Of a stretch of DNA of 64,000 nt, positions 38,014-55,195 are shown one piece after another. This DNA is from Eledone cirrhosa (lineage: Eukaryota). The notes beneath the pieces were generated by a model. The model saw only the letters and a program-made list of their open reading frames with translations, had not been told where the DNA came from and did no database searches. Made by a program: the position numbers and the translations under genes. Location of the stretch: positions 3,348,001 through 3,412,000 of the forward strand of contig OZ024747.1 of the NCBI GenBank assembly GCA_964016885.1. Direction: 5' to 3'. Position 1 is the first letter of the stretch. The number at the start of each line of letters is the position of its first letter.

Positions 38014-38710
38014 TTTTCTGCAAAACCTACCCTTTTAAGAAAACCCACTGTACCAATAGGAAATGTATCATATGTAAGGTGAACCCCGGATAAACTGTAA
38101 AACTAGAAACGTAGTCTATAGCATAAGATGTACAGAGGGTACCTGCAGAAACATGACAACAACATACATAGGTGAGACAGCTCGTAGCATAGGTGAAAGG
38201 ATAGACCAACACTGGGGGTAACTAAAAGGACGAAAAAACGGGTCAGTACTATACGAACATGCTAGACAACAACATGACGGTAACATAGACAACATAGAAA
38301 TTAGAATAATATCTAAACATAGAAATTACCCAGCAGATAGGCAAATCAGAGAGGCCAGTGAAATAGAGGCCAGTGAAATAGAAATTAGAAGACCAAGGCT
38401 AAACAGAAAGAATGAATGGAATAACAACAACACCCAAACAAACAACACTGACCTAAGAGAAGTATAAATAAGCAAATAAAATAAAATAAATAAATAAATA
38501 AATACATACACAAGCACAATAACAACAAGCACATAAACACACACTAGTCACCCATCACACAGCAAACAAAACACTATACACACACGCAAACGCATGCGCA
38601 AAGAAGACAAAATAAAATAAACAAACAAGCAAATAAATAAGTAAATAAATATATAGACAGATTGAATAAAAATGGCGTAGACATACAATACAACAGGAGG
38701 ATAATATAAC

Positions 38711-38752
38711 ACCACTGACGATGTTGCAGATGTGCAACGAAAGATTTATGAT
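38711..38752 (+). ncRNA. PLE-associated hammerhead motif (right arm)
   Basis: Reads ACCA-CTGACGA-T-GTTGCA(GATG)TGCAAC-GAAA-GATT-TA-TGAT. Core and 6-bp stem II are intact; stems I and III are imperfect. Confidence 0.6.
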
Positions 38753-38953
38753 AAACTATATATATGTGTTTGTGTCTATAGTGTATCTGTATTATTTTTG
38801 ACCGTCGGTCAGTCAATGGCAATATTGAGGACCGAGTAAGTTAGATTACCGATATAAAAGACACAGAAGCGAGAAGCGAAAACCAACCAAACAGTGAGTG
38901 TGTTCTGTTATTAATTCTGGCAATATTACACAAATATGACCCTCCCCAAGTAT

Positions 38954-40750
<1,797 letters not shown>

Positions 40751-40899
40751 TAACAAAAATAAGAAGTGTCTCACACAAACATTCTAACATAGAAAGAAGT
40801 AAACAAAACCCTTGAAATATTTGTCGAACACCTGAATCTTAACTCTGCTGCAAAATAAATGAAAATAAAAGATGTTTGTATGGAATTAAATAATGGTTA

Positions 40900-41110
40900 C
40901 TGATTCAGGCACAAGGCCAACAATTTGGGGAGAGGAAAAGTCGTTTAAATTGACTCCAGTGTATTACTGGTACTTTATTTTATCGACCCTTTAAGGATGA
41001 AAGGCAAAGTTAACCTCAGCAGGATTTGAACTTAGAACGTAAAGAAACATAACTAAATATTGCAAAGCATTTTGGCTGGCGTTCTACCAATACTGCCAAT
41101 CCACCACCCT
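40900..41110 (-). mobile_element. SINE (B-type 3' end), full length
   Basis: Reverse complement of head, core and B tail. Confidence 0.8.
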
Positions 41111-41304
41111 GTTAGTAGTTAGTAATAAGTAGTGTTAAGTCAATACAAATTAAACCCAGTTTATTAAGAAAGCTAACCAATGAAAATTTAGACTGACAGT
41201 GAATACAATAAGGTGTTGAAATAACCAAAACAGTATTAGTGAAAGTACAATGAAATTAAATGTAACACATACTTATCTTAAACTAGTATCACTTTAGCAA
41301 TTTG

Positions 41305-41585
41305 GTAATGACAACGTTGTCCATGTGATGACCTGGAGTTCAAAAATGAGAACAAGTAGTATTTCAGATTTCAGAAATATTATTTTATGTATAAAACCAA
41401 CTGGCAGGAGACCCTGGAGTAGACCCCAGGTGAGATGGTTAGAGATAACATTCACTGGTTGGTCTAGTCTCACTTGGAGATTCAGGTGGATCAATAGGAG
41501 ATGGTTGTGTCTAACAGGACCTGCTGGAAGGAGTACTTGATGATTTTGCTCCCATGATCCTCCAAGGAATAAGTGGGCAAAAGAG
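41305..41585 (+). mobile_element. RTE-type LINE 3' end (degenerate)
   Basis: KPTGRRPWSRPQVRWLE motif; same family as 30440. Confidence 0.55.
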
Positions 41586-42716
41586 AAGTAACAGTAGCAG
41601 TAGTTGTAGTAGTATTTAAATGTTGCTAGCGTTTTCAAAATCCTCAGACACAATGCTCTGAATGTCCATTTTAATAGAAGACATATAAGCTCCTCAAGAG
41701 ATAATATTATTTCGACTTGATTTAGTTTACATTTGAAGAGGGAAAGGAATAGAAGAAGTATGTAGATAATGGTAAGATTTACACAGAGGTATGTAATATT
41801 GAGAAAGGACAGTCATGTGAAACAAAACAAAAAAGAGAGGAGGTATTTAGAAAATATAGCCTACACTTATATCATTGGAGAGTGCTTCAAATGAAATTTA
41901 AGTTGATCATTAGAGTACATGGTTTTTCAGATTCTGTACTGATGTGATGGATGCTAAGATGTGAAATCAAGATTTAAAGTTTTGTCAAATATAGGCATTT
42001 ACAGTCGTCTCTACATTATAAATATACATACTTACTTACATACATATACACATACATACACACTCACACACACATACTTACACACTCACACAGACACACA
42101 TAGATACACACTCACATACATAGATAGATAATTGAGACCAGTGAAAATATTCAATAATTGGGTACCACATAAAATTACCTTACAGTATTGAGAACATAAT
42201 GTAGTATTAAAGTGGTTTAGGTGATAGTAACCTAGAAATAAATTCAATTTAAAATAGACTAACGTCACTGAATTACTTTTCCTTTTTTCTAAATCCTATT
42301 TAAACAAAGAGATTCTGCACATTGGTGCACATTGGTGGTTAAATAACCTGATGGACAAATTCTCTAGTTAGATATATATAGGACTCAATGATGCACAAAT
42401 ACCATTGTGCATTAAAGATGAAAGTTATTGGTTGTGTAGTAGGCTTAGATGTGATATTGTTTGTTGCTTTTGTGGTTTATATTGTGTTTTTTTTTAACAT
42501 TTCTTTATTTTTATGCAATACTGTAGCTGTATCAGGGTGTCAATAGTTTTATATTTATTTACAGATTTTAATTTTTTATTTTTTAATATTATTTTTATGG
42601 GGTGGGTAGAGGTGGACCTTTTTAATCGGTGGCTACATGGTTAAATATGTTCTTGCCTTTAATAGAATTCACCTGAATTCATTGAATGCAATAAAAAAAA
42701 TGAAATTAGACTAAAG

Positions 42717-42754
<38 letters not shown>

Positions 42755-42762
42755 AGGCACAT

Positions 42763-42821
<59 letters not shown>

Positions 42822-42829
42822 AGGCACAT

Positions 42830-42870
<41 letters not shown>

Positions 42871-42878
42871 AGGCACAT

Positions 42879-42921
<43 letters not shown>

Positions 42922-43022
42922 GATATTAAATAATTGGAAACTATATTTATAAAACCATATTTATTTCATTATATATATTTCAGTTTACTAGTTGTAACCC
43001 AACAATTTAAATATAACTTTCC

Positions 43023-43058
<36 letters not shown>

Positions 43059-43061
43059 ATA

Positions 43062-43405
43062 TGGAGGCACATGGCTTAGTGGTTAGAGCATTGGGCTTGC
43101 AATCGAAAGGTTGTGAGTTCAATTCTCAGTCCGGGTGATGTGTTGTTTCCTTGAGCAAGACACTTTATTTCACATTGCTCCAGTTTACTCAGCTGTAGAA
43201 ATGAGATAATAGGGACTGGGGTCCCTATCATTCCACTGCAAAGTGGTCGTGGAGGTGCCACTGCAAAAAAGCACCCAGAACTCACTGTAAATGAGGTTGG
43301 TGTTAGGAAGGGCATCCAGCTGTAGAAATCAAGTCAGAATCAGTTCCCGTCCCACCCTTGCAAGCAGGGAAAAAGCGGACGTAAAATGAAATGATGATGA
43401 TGATA
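43062..43405 (+). mobile_element. tRNA-derived CORE-like SINE (family C) with a (GAT)n-tailed 3' module
   Basis: ggaggcacatggcttagtggttagagc...gagttcaattc head, tccttgagcaagacactt core, gttaggaagggcatccagc module. Near-identical to 16031-16360. Confidence 0.85.
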
Positions 43406-43522
43406 ATATATATATGTGTGTCTGAATGTGTATTTGTGTGAATATGTGTATGTAATTATATCTGTACACATACAGATACATGTGTTTATATGCATATATG
43501 TATGCAAGTGTGTGTGTATATC

Positions 43523-43603
<81 letters not shown>

Positions 43604-43654
43604 TTAAACACACACACACGCACATGTATATATATGTGTATATATATATATATA

Positions 43655-43815
43655 TCATCATCGTTTAACGTCCATCTTCCACGCTAGCATGGGTTTGGAC
43701 GGGAATTTTCCCACTTGAGGCAAAATTGGTTGTCTTGCTCGTATAGGACTGTCTGGCGGGTTTTCTACGGCTGGATGCCCTTCCTAACACCAACCACGTT
43801 TACAGTGTGGACTGA
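43655..43815 (-). mobile_element. (GAT)n-tailed repeat module (further copies near 8895-9030 and 15826-15980)
   Basis: catcatcgtttaacgtccat...ggctggatgcccttcctaacaccaacc recurs across the window. Confidence 0.7.
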
Positions 43816-45404
<1,589 letters not shown>

Positions 45405-45892
45405 AAAAAATTTCGAAAATTCTTAGTCATTCTGTGGCAGCTGTTCAGGGTTTAAAGATCAGTGAATTGGAAAGTTAGGAAGCATTATGATGGTTTGAAT
45501 GACTGCAGATGAAAGTACATTGAAATTGTTGTTTGGAATTCAGCTGTTTATTCAGATTTGTAAGGGCAAAGGAGTTTGGAGAATGGAGGAATATTGGCTT
45601 TACTTTATAAACATGTGGCAGTAAGGTCACATGATAGCATTGACCAATGAACATTCAGTAATGGTTGGAAAGCCAAAAGTATATTTGTGACTTTTGTTAT
45701 AGTTTCCTTTTCATAACTAGAAAGCATACATTTCACTTCATATTTAAACATTTTCTCGCATTCTAATACTTTATTGAATGTCATGTCTAACATGCTACTC
45801 TTATTTTCAGTAGTTACTGCAGACCTTATCTACAATGTAGATGTAACTTTTGCGTATTGAATTCATTTGATCAGCACATTATCTGTGTTTCC

Positions 45893-46003
45893 CATCTCCC
45901 TCTCTTTCACACTTCACCTCATCTCCCTCTCTTTCACACTTCACCTCATCTCCCTCTCTTTCACACTTCACCTCATCTCCCTCTCTTTCACACTTCACCT
46001 CAT
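45893..46003 (+). repeat. 27-bp tandem repeat x4
   Basis: Unit catctccctctctttcacacttcacct. Confidence 0.95.
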
Positions 46004-48164
46004 CAATGTGGACATATTTGATTTCACCAATATTAATATCACTATATGACTTTTAAGATTTTCATTTAATGTTATGGATGAAAATGACCTCCACAAACAG
46101 AATGCTATAAAATCATATTTTGATGAAGTATGTTAAAAATTACTCATTAGTATGGTTTTATAGTTTTCGATCAAATTTCACTATTAATATATAACGTACA
46201 TCTCTTCAATTTGCCATTAGATATAGGGCAAATGTTGGCAACTTATAAATCAAATTTGATATGTGTCTTAATCTTTTCACTTAAATGTCTTCACCCTTAC
46301 TTCTCTAAATGCTATTACTACTAAAGTATTCCTGATGTGCACAAGTACTTTTCTCCTCTGTTCTATAATCATCTCTCCTTCAGAATGCCTATAATTCACT
46401 TGAGTTACATATTATATTGAAAAGTAGAGCTGATCAATTCAGCTGACACACAGCTAAAGCAACTACATTGAAGTGAAGCAATCTGAAATTTCTGACAGGC
46501 GTCTTCATTATTATTTGTTGCCTTCTGCTTATGTTTTACCTTTTATCTTAATTACTTATAGTTGTTTGGAATAGGCACGGCCATTTGGAGCAATCTCCTA
46601 TAGAATAACCTATAATGCAACATAAAACTAAGAAGATATTGAACATTTTTATATTCTCTCTATTGACTTACTACATACTAAAATGTTCAAGATAGCATTG
46701 CTGCTTATATGCTGATGTGCATTGGAGCATGTTTGATATATGTACATATAATCACAGTAATGGTTTTCACTGTATGTGCATAAGAATTGGTAGGTTGATA
46801 TCTTTAGAACATGATAATGGTAGTAATAATAAATAGAATTGATCTGTCAATGAGACAAGGGTCATCGTTTCAGTTGATTAGGGAGAACATTTTCGTCTGA
46901 AAGAGATGCTACTTTCATTTTAGTGTTGTCAAGTATGTTTAGCAGTAAAGTGATGTAAATATGGAGAACTTGTATATATTAAAAAGAGAGAAAATATAAC
47001 ATGTGATTTGTTGGCTAAGATGTGATAGATAAAGTTAGTTTTATAAGAACTGGCCACAAATTCTATGGCTATTAGAAGAAATGGCTTATGATGAGAACAT
47101 TTCTGCTGATCCATTCAGCATTTGTCTACTTGGTAAAGTGAATTTTATTATATACTTGGTGATATATGATTCTAGAGAGTGTATAGCAAAATATATGTCA
47201 TATCAATAATATTACTCTGTTGTCTGGGATTTATTTATAGAGCTTAAAACCTACATCACATTGAATTGTGTAGAGAAGCATATGTTTCTAGAATATTATA
47301 CACATGACAAGGAAGATGATGATGATTATCATTATAGTCATCATCATGATAATATTCATAATCATGATCAGGATTCTAATCATCATCATAACTATCATGA
47401 TCATCATTATCATCATTTTTATGTTCACTTTTCCTGACCTGGATTAGTTGAATGAGATCTTTTGCTACAGTCAAAGACCCATGCTGATGCCAACCCATAA
47501 CCTATTTGAAATATGATGTACGCTACTAACATTTGTGGAGATGCTACACATATGTTCTTTATGGTTACTAACCATCTACCCAGCAGCATCGTACCAGTTT
47601 CCTGCTGCTATATAAGGTTGTAGGTAGTAAAGTAAGTGTAGTAGGTCACCTTTACTTTCCCTTTACCTTTCACTGACTTTGAAATTTGAACTCAGAATAC
47701 AAAGAGCCAGAAGAGATAGTACAAATATATATATATATACATGTTTGTATGTGTGTGTGTGTGTGTATTTCTTACAGAGATCCTTCTTCACCAGAGGAAA
47801 ACGGCCGGAGCCCTAACGCCGAGGATCTCGAGAGACACCGGCTCAAATAGGATGCGGTTTGTTAAATTCAACTATTCTGTTATCCTTCGCTCTCCTGATA
47901 GTACAAAACATCGCATTTAATTCTTTAATAATTTTTCTGGACTGACCCTTAAATTTATGGTGGTGGCATGTGGGATAGATTTCTTTAAGTTTATGTTTCT
48001 GCTATGTTGATTATAGAACTTTGTTTTGTCTCCTCCATTACTTCCTCATACTGTCATATCTAAATCACTTTACAATTAAAAGATATTAACAACTTCAAAA
48101 TATTTCACAAGTTGGTGTCTTTTATATAGAAATACATATTTCCAACAGTTGTAACATCCAGTAG

Positions 48165-48500
48165 GAAGGTGCATGGTTTAGTGGTTACAGCATTGGGATT
48201 GTAAATGAGAGGCTATAAGTTCGATTCTTGGACGGGGTGATGTGTTGTGTCCTTGAGCAAGACACTTTATTTCACATTGCTCGCATTTACTCAGCTGTAG
48301 ATATGAGTAGCGACATTACTGGTGCCAAACTGTATCGGTCATTGCCTTTCCCTTGGACAACATTAGTGGCATAGAGAGAGGAGACCAGTATGCATGGGTG
48401 ACTGCTGGTCTTCCACAAATAAACCTTGCCCAGGTTTGTACCTCGGAAAGCAACATTTTAGGTGAAAAACCATAGTCATTAGTGACTGATGGATGGCTTT
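48165..48500 (+). mobile_element. SINE family C variant (different 3' half)
   Basis: Same tRNA head and gtgtccttgagcaagacactt core. Confidence 0.75.
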
Positions 48501-50581
48501 AATAAGCATCCACTATCACTAGACTTGACTGGTAGTTTGTCACCTCTGAAATGATGAAAGGTAGAGTTTTCCTCAACAGAATCTGGACTTAGAACATAGT
48601 GAACCAGAATAAATACTACATTCTAACAACTTAGCTAACACTTCACCATGCTACTACTATATCATAACAGTATGTTAAAAACTAACTTTCATCTTCATTT
48701 TTGAATAACTTTCTTCTATAGAATTTTGTGTAATACTTGTTCAACCCCCATTTCCTACTTATCTTTAGTCAGCATATCTTTTTATTCTCTTTTACTGTTT
48801 TAAGCCATTCTTCTCTTTCTTCATCCATCTTTACTGTCATAAAATGCTGTGTATTATATGGTCTCTACTGATTAAATTTTCTTCTTTCATCAACTGCATT
48901 GCAAGTGCACTCAGCTGTTCTCTTCATACTGCCATCTTCTTATGCTCTCAATGGCAAACTGTAATTAAGTATCTATTTTCAATTTTTAAATACAGTTTTC
49001 TTAGTCTGAATAGAATTATATATTTTTACTTCCAAAGGCCATTTATTAATTTTCGAACAACAAAACATTTCTCTGATATCAGTCGACAAAATTCTCTACT
49101 GCACACCTGAGAAATTCTATTGGCCAATCACCAAAAACACTTTGGCTTCAATTTTTCTTTTCTTTTGCTTTTTCTTTTTTTTACATTTTACCTTAAAATT
49201 TACTGATTGGTTGCCATTAAGTGTTTACCAATTATTATATAGAATATAAAAACTATTTAGAGATAGGGCTTGACACTTGGATAATATTATCATTGGTACT
49301 TATAAATTGTTATATCAGTCTGGGCAGTGTATATCTAAGCAATTATATATTGTAGTTGGTTATTACAAATGTAAACCACTGAAGAATATTTTACTTGCTC
49401 TAGGCTAGAATTTAAATAACTGTTGTATTCCAATAAATTACTTTCAATTTGTGGTGTGCTAAAATCAGCAGTTAGTGACATTAATTATTTATATATCTAA
49501 ATAGAAAATAATGTATTAGTTTCTTCTTTTGGCACATGAATTGAAATATTTAAGCATACATTTATTTCTTTTAATTTCCTTAATATAACTCATTTTTACT
49601 TAATATAACTCATATAGCATAATATAACTTAATATAACTCCATTTAATTTCAAGAAAAATGGTCATATTTATAAAGCTTTTCTCACATTTTATATGAATT
49701 TTGTTGGCAGAAAAGACACCAGGATATAGTTGTAGTTATTAGCAGCATTATAATAGTTACTTGATTTGGCAGTGCTTTAGATATTTGTTCCAGTTCTCTG
49801 CACTCTAAGGTCACATCTCACTGAGGGTCACTTTGCCATTCAACTTTTCTTTGTCAGAAATTATCAGCCCAGTGTTGTTACAGCCTCCTCTCCTTCCAGC
49901 TATCAAATCCTAGATATTCAGCAGGATCAAGGTAGGGAGGGTCAACTGGGTCTCTATGTCTCTCTACATACTGTCATCATACTTGATGGTAAGTGACAGT
50001 TGTAGTTTTGTTATATGTACTCATTTACTCTCTCCTATTATCTTGGCTAAGATGGTAACTTAAAAGAAAGATGACATTAACCAAACAGATAATTAGCAAG
50101 AATACATATCTTATCAAATATCCATAATTTCCAAAAGCTTTTCTTTCATTTTCTCAATTAGAATTAACTTGACAGAAGACTTAAAACCAGCTGTCAATGT
50201 AATATTTAACTAGGGAGTTTTATTCTCTTTAAATTTTCTAGAAACATATGAGTACCTAACCTATTCAGTTGGATTTTCATAAGTTGTTTCATACAGATAG
50301 TATTAATTTTAACAACATTAAATCTGGCATGTTATTAATGTGTTTAATCAAGAAGTACAAACCTGGTTTTCCTGGCAACTTGAAAGGATGTCATACTCAT
50401 AATGTGTCTCATTGACCAAAATATAGGTTATATGAAATTTCATATTATGATAAGTGAAAAATTAATCAAGTTGGTACTAACATGCTTAATATAATGAGCT
50501 ACAAAATAGTAAATGATTAAAATTACTTTTGTATTGTGGAGGAAAACAATAGTTTACTAATTAATTCTCATCAATGGGTGT

Positions 50582-50957
50582 AGGGAGAATTGGCAGTATA
50601 GGTAGAGCATCGGACGCCAAGCTTTGCAGCTTAGAGTTACGGCCCTTTAAGGTTTGAGTTCAAATTCTGCTGAGGTTAACTTTGCCTTTCATCCTTACGG
50701 GGTCGTTAAAATAAAGTACCAGTAATGCACTGGGTAATTTCTGGCCTTGTGCCAAAAGTAGAAACAATTATACTAGAGGCAGTGGATTGGCAGTATCAGT
50801 AGAGGGTCGGACGCATAGAGTTACGGCCCTTGCCATTCTGAGTTCAAATCTCGCCGAGGTTAACTTTGCCTTTCATCCTTACGGGGTCGATAAAATAAAG
50901 TACCAGTAATGTACTGGGGTAGATTGCTGGCCTTGTGCCAGAAGTAGAAACAATTAT
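50582..50957 (+). mobile_element. Two tandem SINE A copies
   Basis: Head-to-tail copies at ~50582-50770 and ~50777-50957. Confidence 0.88.
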
Positions 50958-51207
50958 TAAATTTCTCAGGGAAGTATATATAGTCTTTATATTTACTTGT
51001 CAGAACTTAAGATGACTGAGATATGTAAAGAGTTAGAATGTATATATATATACTAGTAGACATGATAACTTAAAAAAAGGACTGAGGTACTAATTCAAAT
51101 CATGACAGAGAAAGAGAGAAGAGCAGTGAGAAATAGCCTGGGTGAGTGAACACTAGTTTATTGAAGTTTATGCCAATAAGTTGAGTATAAATTGCTGTTA
51201 ATATAAT

Positions 51208-51261
51208 TGTTTCTACTTTAGGCACAAGGCCAGCAATTACCCAGTGCATTACTGGTACTTT
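51208..51261 (-). mobile_element. Very short SINE A 3' insertion with 17-bp TSD
   Basis: TSD attgctgttaatataat at 51191-51207 and 51262-51278. Confidence 0.85.
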
Positions 51262-51283
51262 ATTGCTGTTAATATAATGTTCT

Positions 51284-51503
51284 TTAACCCATTAGCATTT
51301 AAACTGGCCATATCCAGTCAAAATTCCCTCACCTCTTTCTGTTCAATCTGGCTGTAACTGGCTGCTCATACTGATGTTAAGGTATTGTTCACAACATAAA
51401 TAACATCAAAATCTCATAGATTCGATATTATGTGCAATAATTATGTAAGGTAAAGCCTTTACTGTGAAAATATAATAGAGTAATGTAAATGCTAAAGAGT
51501 TAA
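51284..51503. mobile_element. piggyBac-type MITE (second copy)
   Basis: TTAA-cccattagcattta ... taaatgctaaagag-TTAA. Confidence 0.78.
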
Positions 51504-53774
51504 ACATAGTTTACCTAACCATCAATAAATATGATGTAATACAGCTCACTGAATTGTATGAGTCAAGATAGTAAGGGTCAAGATGTTTTTCACACTGTCA
51601 TTTCTTACTCAGACAGGGGTATCTCTCAACTGCTTTATGCTGTGAAATCTAGGATAAACTCTGACACCATTCTGAAGCTAGTGTAATTAGCTGAGAAAAA
51701 ATTTGTGAAGAAAATCATACAACTCTTTTTCACTGCCATATTTCTAATATGATACACAATGTTTGAATTAATTAATGAAGGATTTTGAGAGATTTAATAA
51801 ACTCGTTAATAATATCATTATTAAGGTGGCATTTGTAACATAACAATTCTTATATCAAATTATGTTGAAAGATTTTAGTTTCTGTAGGAATCCTTTCAAC
51901 ATGGGCAGTGCTGTTCCATAGAGACAGGGGCAGATTGGTTATAAAAGGGTTAAATTAGAATTTATATATACCCTATATCTATCACCACTCAATCAATACT
52001 CTAGACATTCTTTCATCTGTTTATCTGTTGATTGACAAACAAGACATGAAAGAATAGTTGTTGAACAAATCTATATAATTGTATTAATTTTTATTGAAAA
52101 CAGATTCTGCTATTCAGCAATGACTTTGATTTAAATTTGAATAAAATGGTAATGAGAAAATAGCAATAGTTAGAAATCCTGTTTTTTCCAAATTTATATA
52201 TTTTGTTACTCCTTCTAACAGCTCAAGTCTCCAAATGGATCAACATGATCAACACAGCCAGTAATGCACGATTCATTTTCTAATGAATAACTTGACTTTA
52301 GAAAAGATGAGTTAGTTATTCTCTCGGAGGAATATTTTGTGGATGTACATTTTTAATACTGTTTTCAAAGGATTCCTTAAGGAAGTACATGTTTTTTTTG
52401 GTTTTTTTTTCAACAGAAAATTTTAATTCATTTCGCATTTTGATGAGCTGAATTAAACCTGCAGCTATTTGTCAAAATCAAATCTCGTCTTCCTGTTGTA
52501 ATGACTAGCAGATTATTTATTAAGCCACACCAATGCTTTTTAATACTCATTGATACTTGCTCCCTGAATAACCATGTAATTAACCTAACAGCCTTTGGTG
52601 AATCCCCGCCACCCACAAAAAAACAAAGAAAGAAAATAAAAAGAAAAAAGTCATAAAAATATGATGTTTAATGAGAATGCAAGGGATAATTTTTTTATTA
52701 AATGAAAAATAATTTTTCCTCTCTTTATAATTTGGTTTCAAATATAAAACCTGGCACCTCCAATCATCGTGTGTTGACATGTTATAACAACCAGGACACT
52801 CCAGACTAGCTAAAATATAAGTAGGCATAGTTTCTACACTTGGCGATCCATAATATCTTTTAGATATGTTCTGGTCTAAACTGTTGATTACTAAGGAAAT
52901 GGGGAATGAATAAGAGTCTTTATATTATACATTTAAAATTTAACTTGTAGAATCGAAATAGAGTATTTAGACTATTTGTTCATATATCCTGAGTTTTAAT
53001 ATCTTCTACTGATATGTTATGTTGTGTTCTTGGTACCATACTTGTGTGGTGCTTTTAGTGCACACTGTTGCAAGCATTCAGTTGAGACCTCTAAACATGG
53101 GAAAATTTCTTCCTTTCTATCATCTGTCTTAAAAATATCATAGGTAACGTTTTTACTTCACTGGTTAAGTTATTGGATATATTTTTGATATCATATGATA
53201 TTAAGAAAATATTTATTTCATGGACTGCCATCTCATCCAGGTGGGGAACCTTGTATTCTCTTTTATATTGCTCCAGTTTCCTCAGCTGAAAATAATAATG
53301 AGACCAGAAAAAAAGACTCTGGTCTTCATCCAAACCATACAGACATGGAAAAATGAACATAAAATGTTAACTCTCTAAACTACAATACAATAAATTATGA
53401 GGACTTGGCACTAAATTGAAACTGTCTACATTTCCATGACAACCAGCACATCCATTATATATATTACTTTGGTTGTTGGAAAGACATTGTCTTTTTTTTA
53501 AACATACCATTGCCAAATATCAAAATTGTCACGTTGTCTGTTAACTTGAATAACAACAGAATGACAAAATACCAATAAAGTTAGATTTTATATACTCTGT
53601 TTTTGTTCTTCTTTTGTTTTTTATTTGTATCATTATTATTATTTTATTTCACAAAACAAATGAACCAGACTATGGTGACTGGTAGAGTGTAAAATATATA
53701 AAGTTATTTACTAAATTTCTTGTATCATTACATCATCTCATCTGCAAACCTAACCCATTCTTCACAAGAGAGCT

Positions 53775-54146
53775 TACTACTACTGCTGCTGCTGCTACTA
53801 CTACTGCTGCTGTTGCTACTACTACTACTGCTGCTGTTGCTACTACTACTACTGCTGTTGCTACTACTACTACTGCTGCTCTGCTGCTGCTACTACTACT
53901 ACTGCTACTGCTAATACTACTTCTGCTACTGCTGCTGCTACTACTACTGCTGCTGCTGCTACTTCTACTACTACTGCTGCTGCTTCTACTGCTACTACTA
54001 CTACTGCTACTACTACTGCTGCTGTTGCCACTACTACTACTGCTGCTGCTACTACTACTACTATTACTACTAATACTGCTGCTGTTGCTACTACTACTAC
54101 TAATACTACTGCTGCTACTGCTACTACTACTACTAATAATAATAAT
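53775..54146. repeat. (ACT)/(GCT) trinucleotide tract grading into (AAT)n
   Basis: Direct inspection. Confidence 0.95.
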
Positions 54147-54471
54147 AAGGAGAGGGAGAAAATTAACCGATACCAGGACTTAAAGTGGGGGTAAAAAGGA
54201 TTTGGAACTGCCATGAAGTCAGAGTTGTCCCGACTGTCATAGGAGCACTAGGTACTATCTCAAAGAGTTTCCAAGGATGGTTAAAGAAAATTAGTCCAGT
54301 CCCGCTTTTTGGAACACTTCAAAAGGCATGCTTGCTGGGAACAGCAAGAACCCTCCGATACGTCCTGAATATCTGAGGCTGCAGGTAGCGGCTTGATATT
54401 CATTTCAACAAACTTTCCAGTTAAATAACATCAATGACTGAGACTCAAAGAACAATAATAATAATAATAAT
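54147..54471 (+). mobile_element. 3' fragment of the same R4/Dong-like element
   Basis: Near-identical to 56775-57097 (KRIWNCHEVRVVPTVIGALG...YVLNI plus 3'UTR). Flanked by (AAT)n. Confidence 0.9.
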
Positions 54472-55180
54472 TTCTTTATTAACCACAAGGGTTTACACAA
54501 AGTAGACATTAAGGACAGTACAAGACAATACAGGACGGTACAAATGGGCATTTCTGTGTGTAAAAAAAAATAAAACAGAGGATGTAATAAAAGAACAATG
54601 AAAAATTCCCCAATAGTGGGGAGACTTCTGAGGGCCATCGTGGAGAAAGCCCATTAAAAAAAAGCCATGGTGACCCTGACCACCAGCGCAAGTGTCCTCT
54701 CCCAGTTTTCCACCTTCAATTTACAGGCATATACTCAGAGTAGGTCCACTCACTCGGGCCATTCTTGCCTCTCTCACCCATCTTTCAACAAAAAGCTGGG
54801 AAGAGAGCACCTCCCTCTCTACCCTGATTTTCCTTTTCAAATGAAATTGGAAAAAGTTAATCAGGGCATCACCGAAGAGGTAAGTGCTCGTCTTCAGCCC
54901 TTTCAGACGCGTCCACCATACTATCTCTTTCGCCATGGCTACCAGACAGATAAAAACTAAAAGGAAGAGGGCGAGGCAATCCTCACGATGGACTCAGCTG
55001 ATAGTTGGATCCGTTCTACACGTGACAGCAGGTGTTCAACATAAACCCACAAGTCAGCAATGCTCGGACACTGGACGAGTACATGCAGGATGGTTTCGTT
55101 GCCCTGTGCGCATCTCGGACATGCCCGGCTGACGGCACCTCCATGCCTGTAGAGTTTATCCCGAACTGGCAAGGCTCCTC
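54472..55180 (-). mobile_element. Tx1/L1-like LINE 3' end (zf-RVT zinc finger, 3'UTR)
   Basis: PVRDKL...CPRC...ETILHVLVQC...LW on the minus strand. AATAAA followed by an (ATT)n tail at the left end. Confidence 0.78.
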
Positions 55181-55195
55181 AATAATAATAATAAT

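Noticed and set aside
43062-43135. tRNA-like sequences at SINE heads
   Set aside because: They continue into SINE cores and do not form a complete cloverleaf, so they are not tRNA genes.
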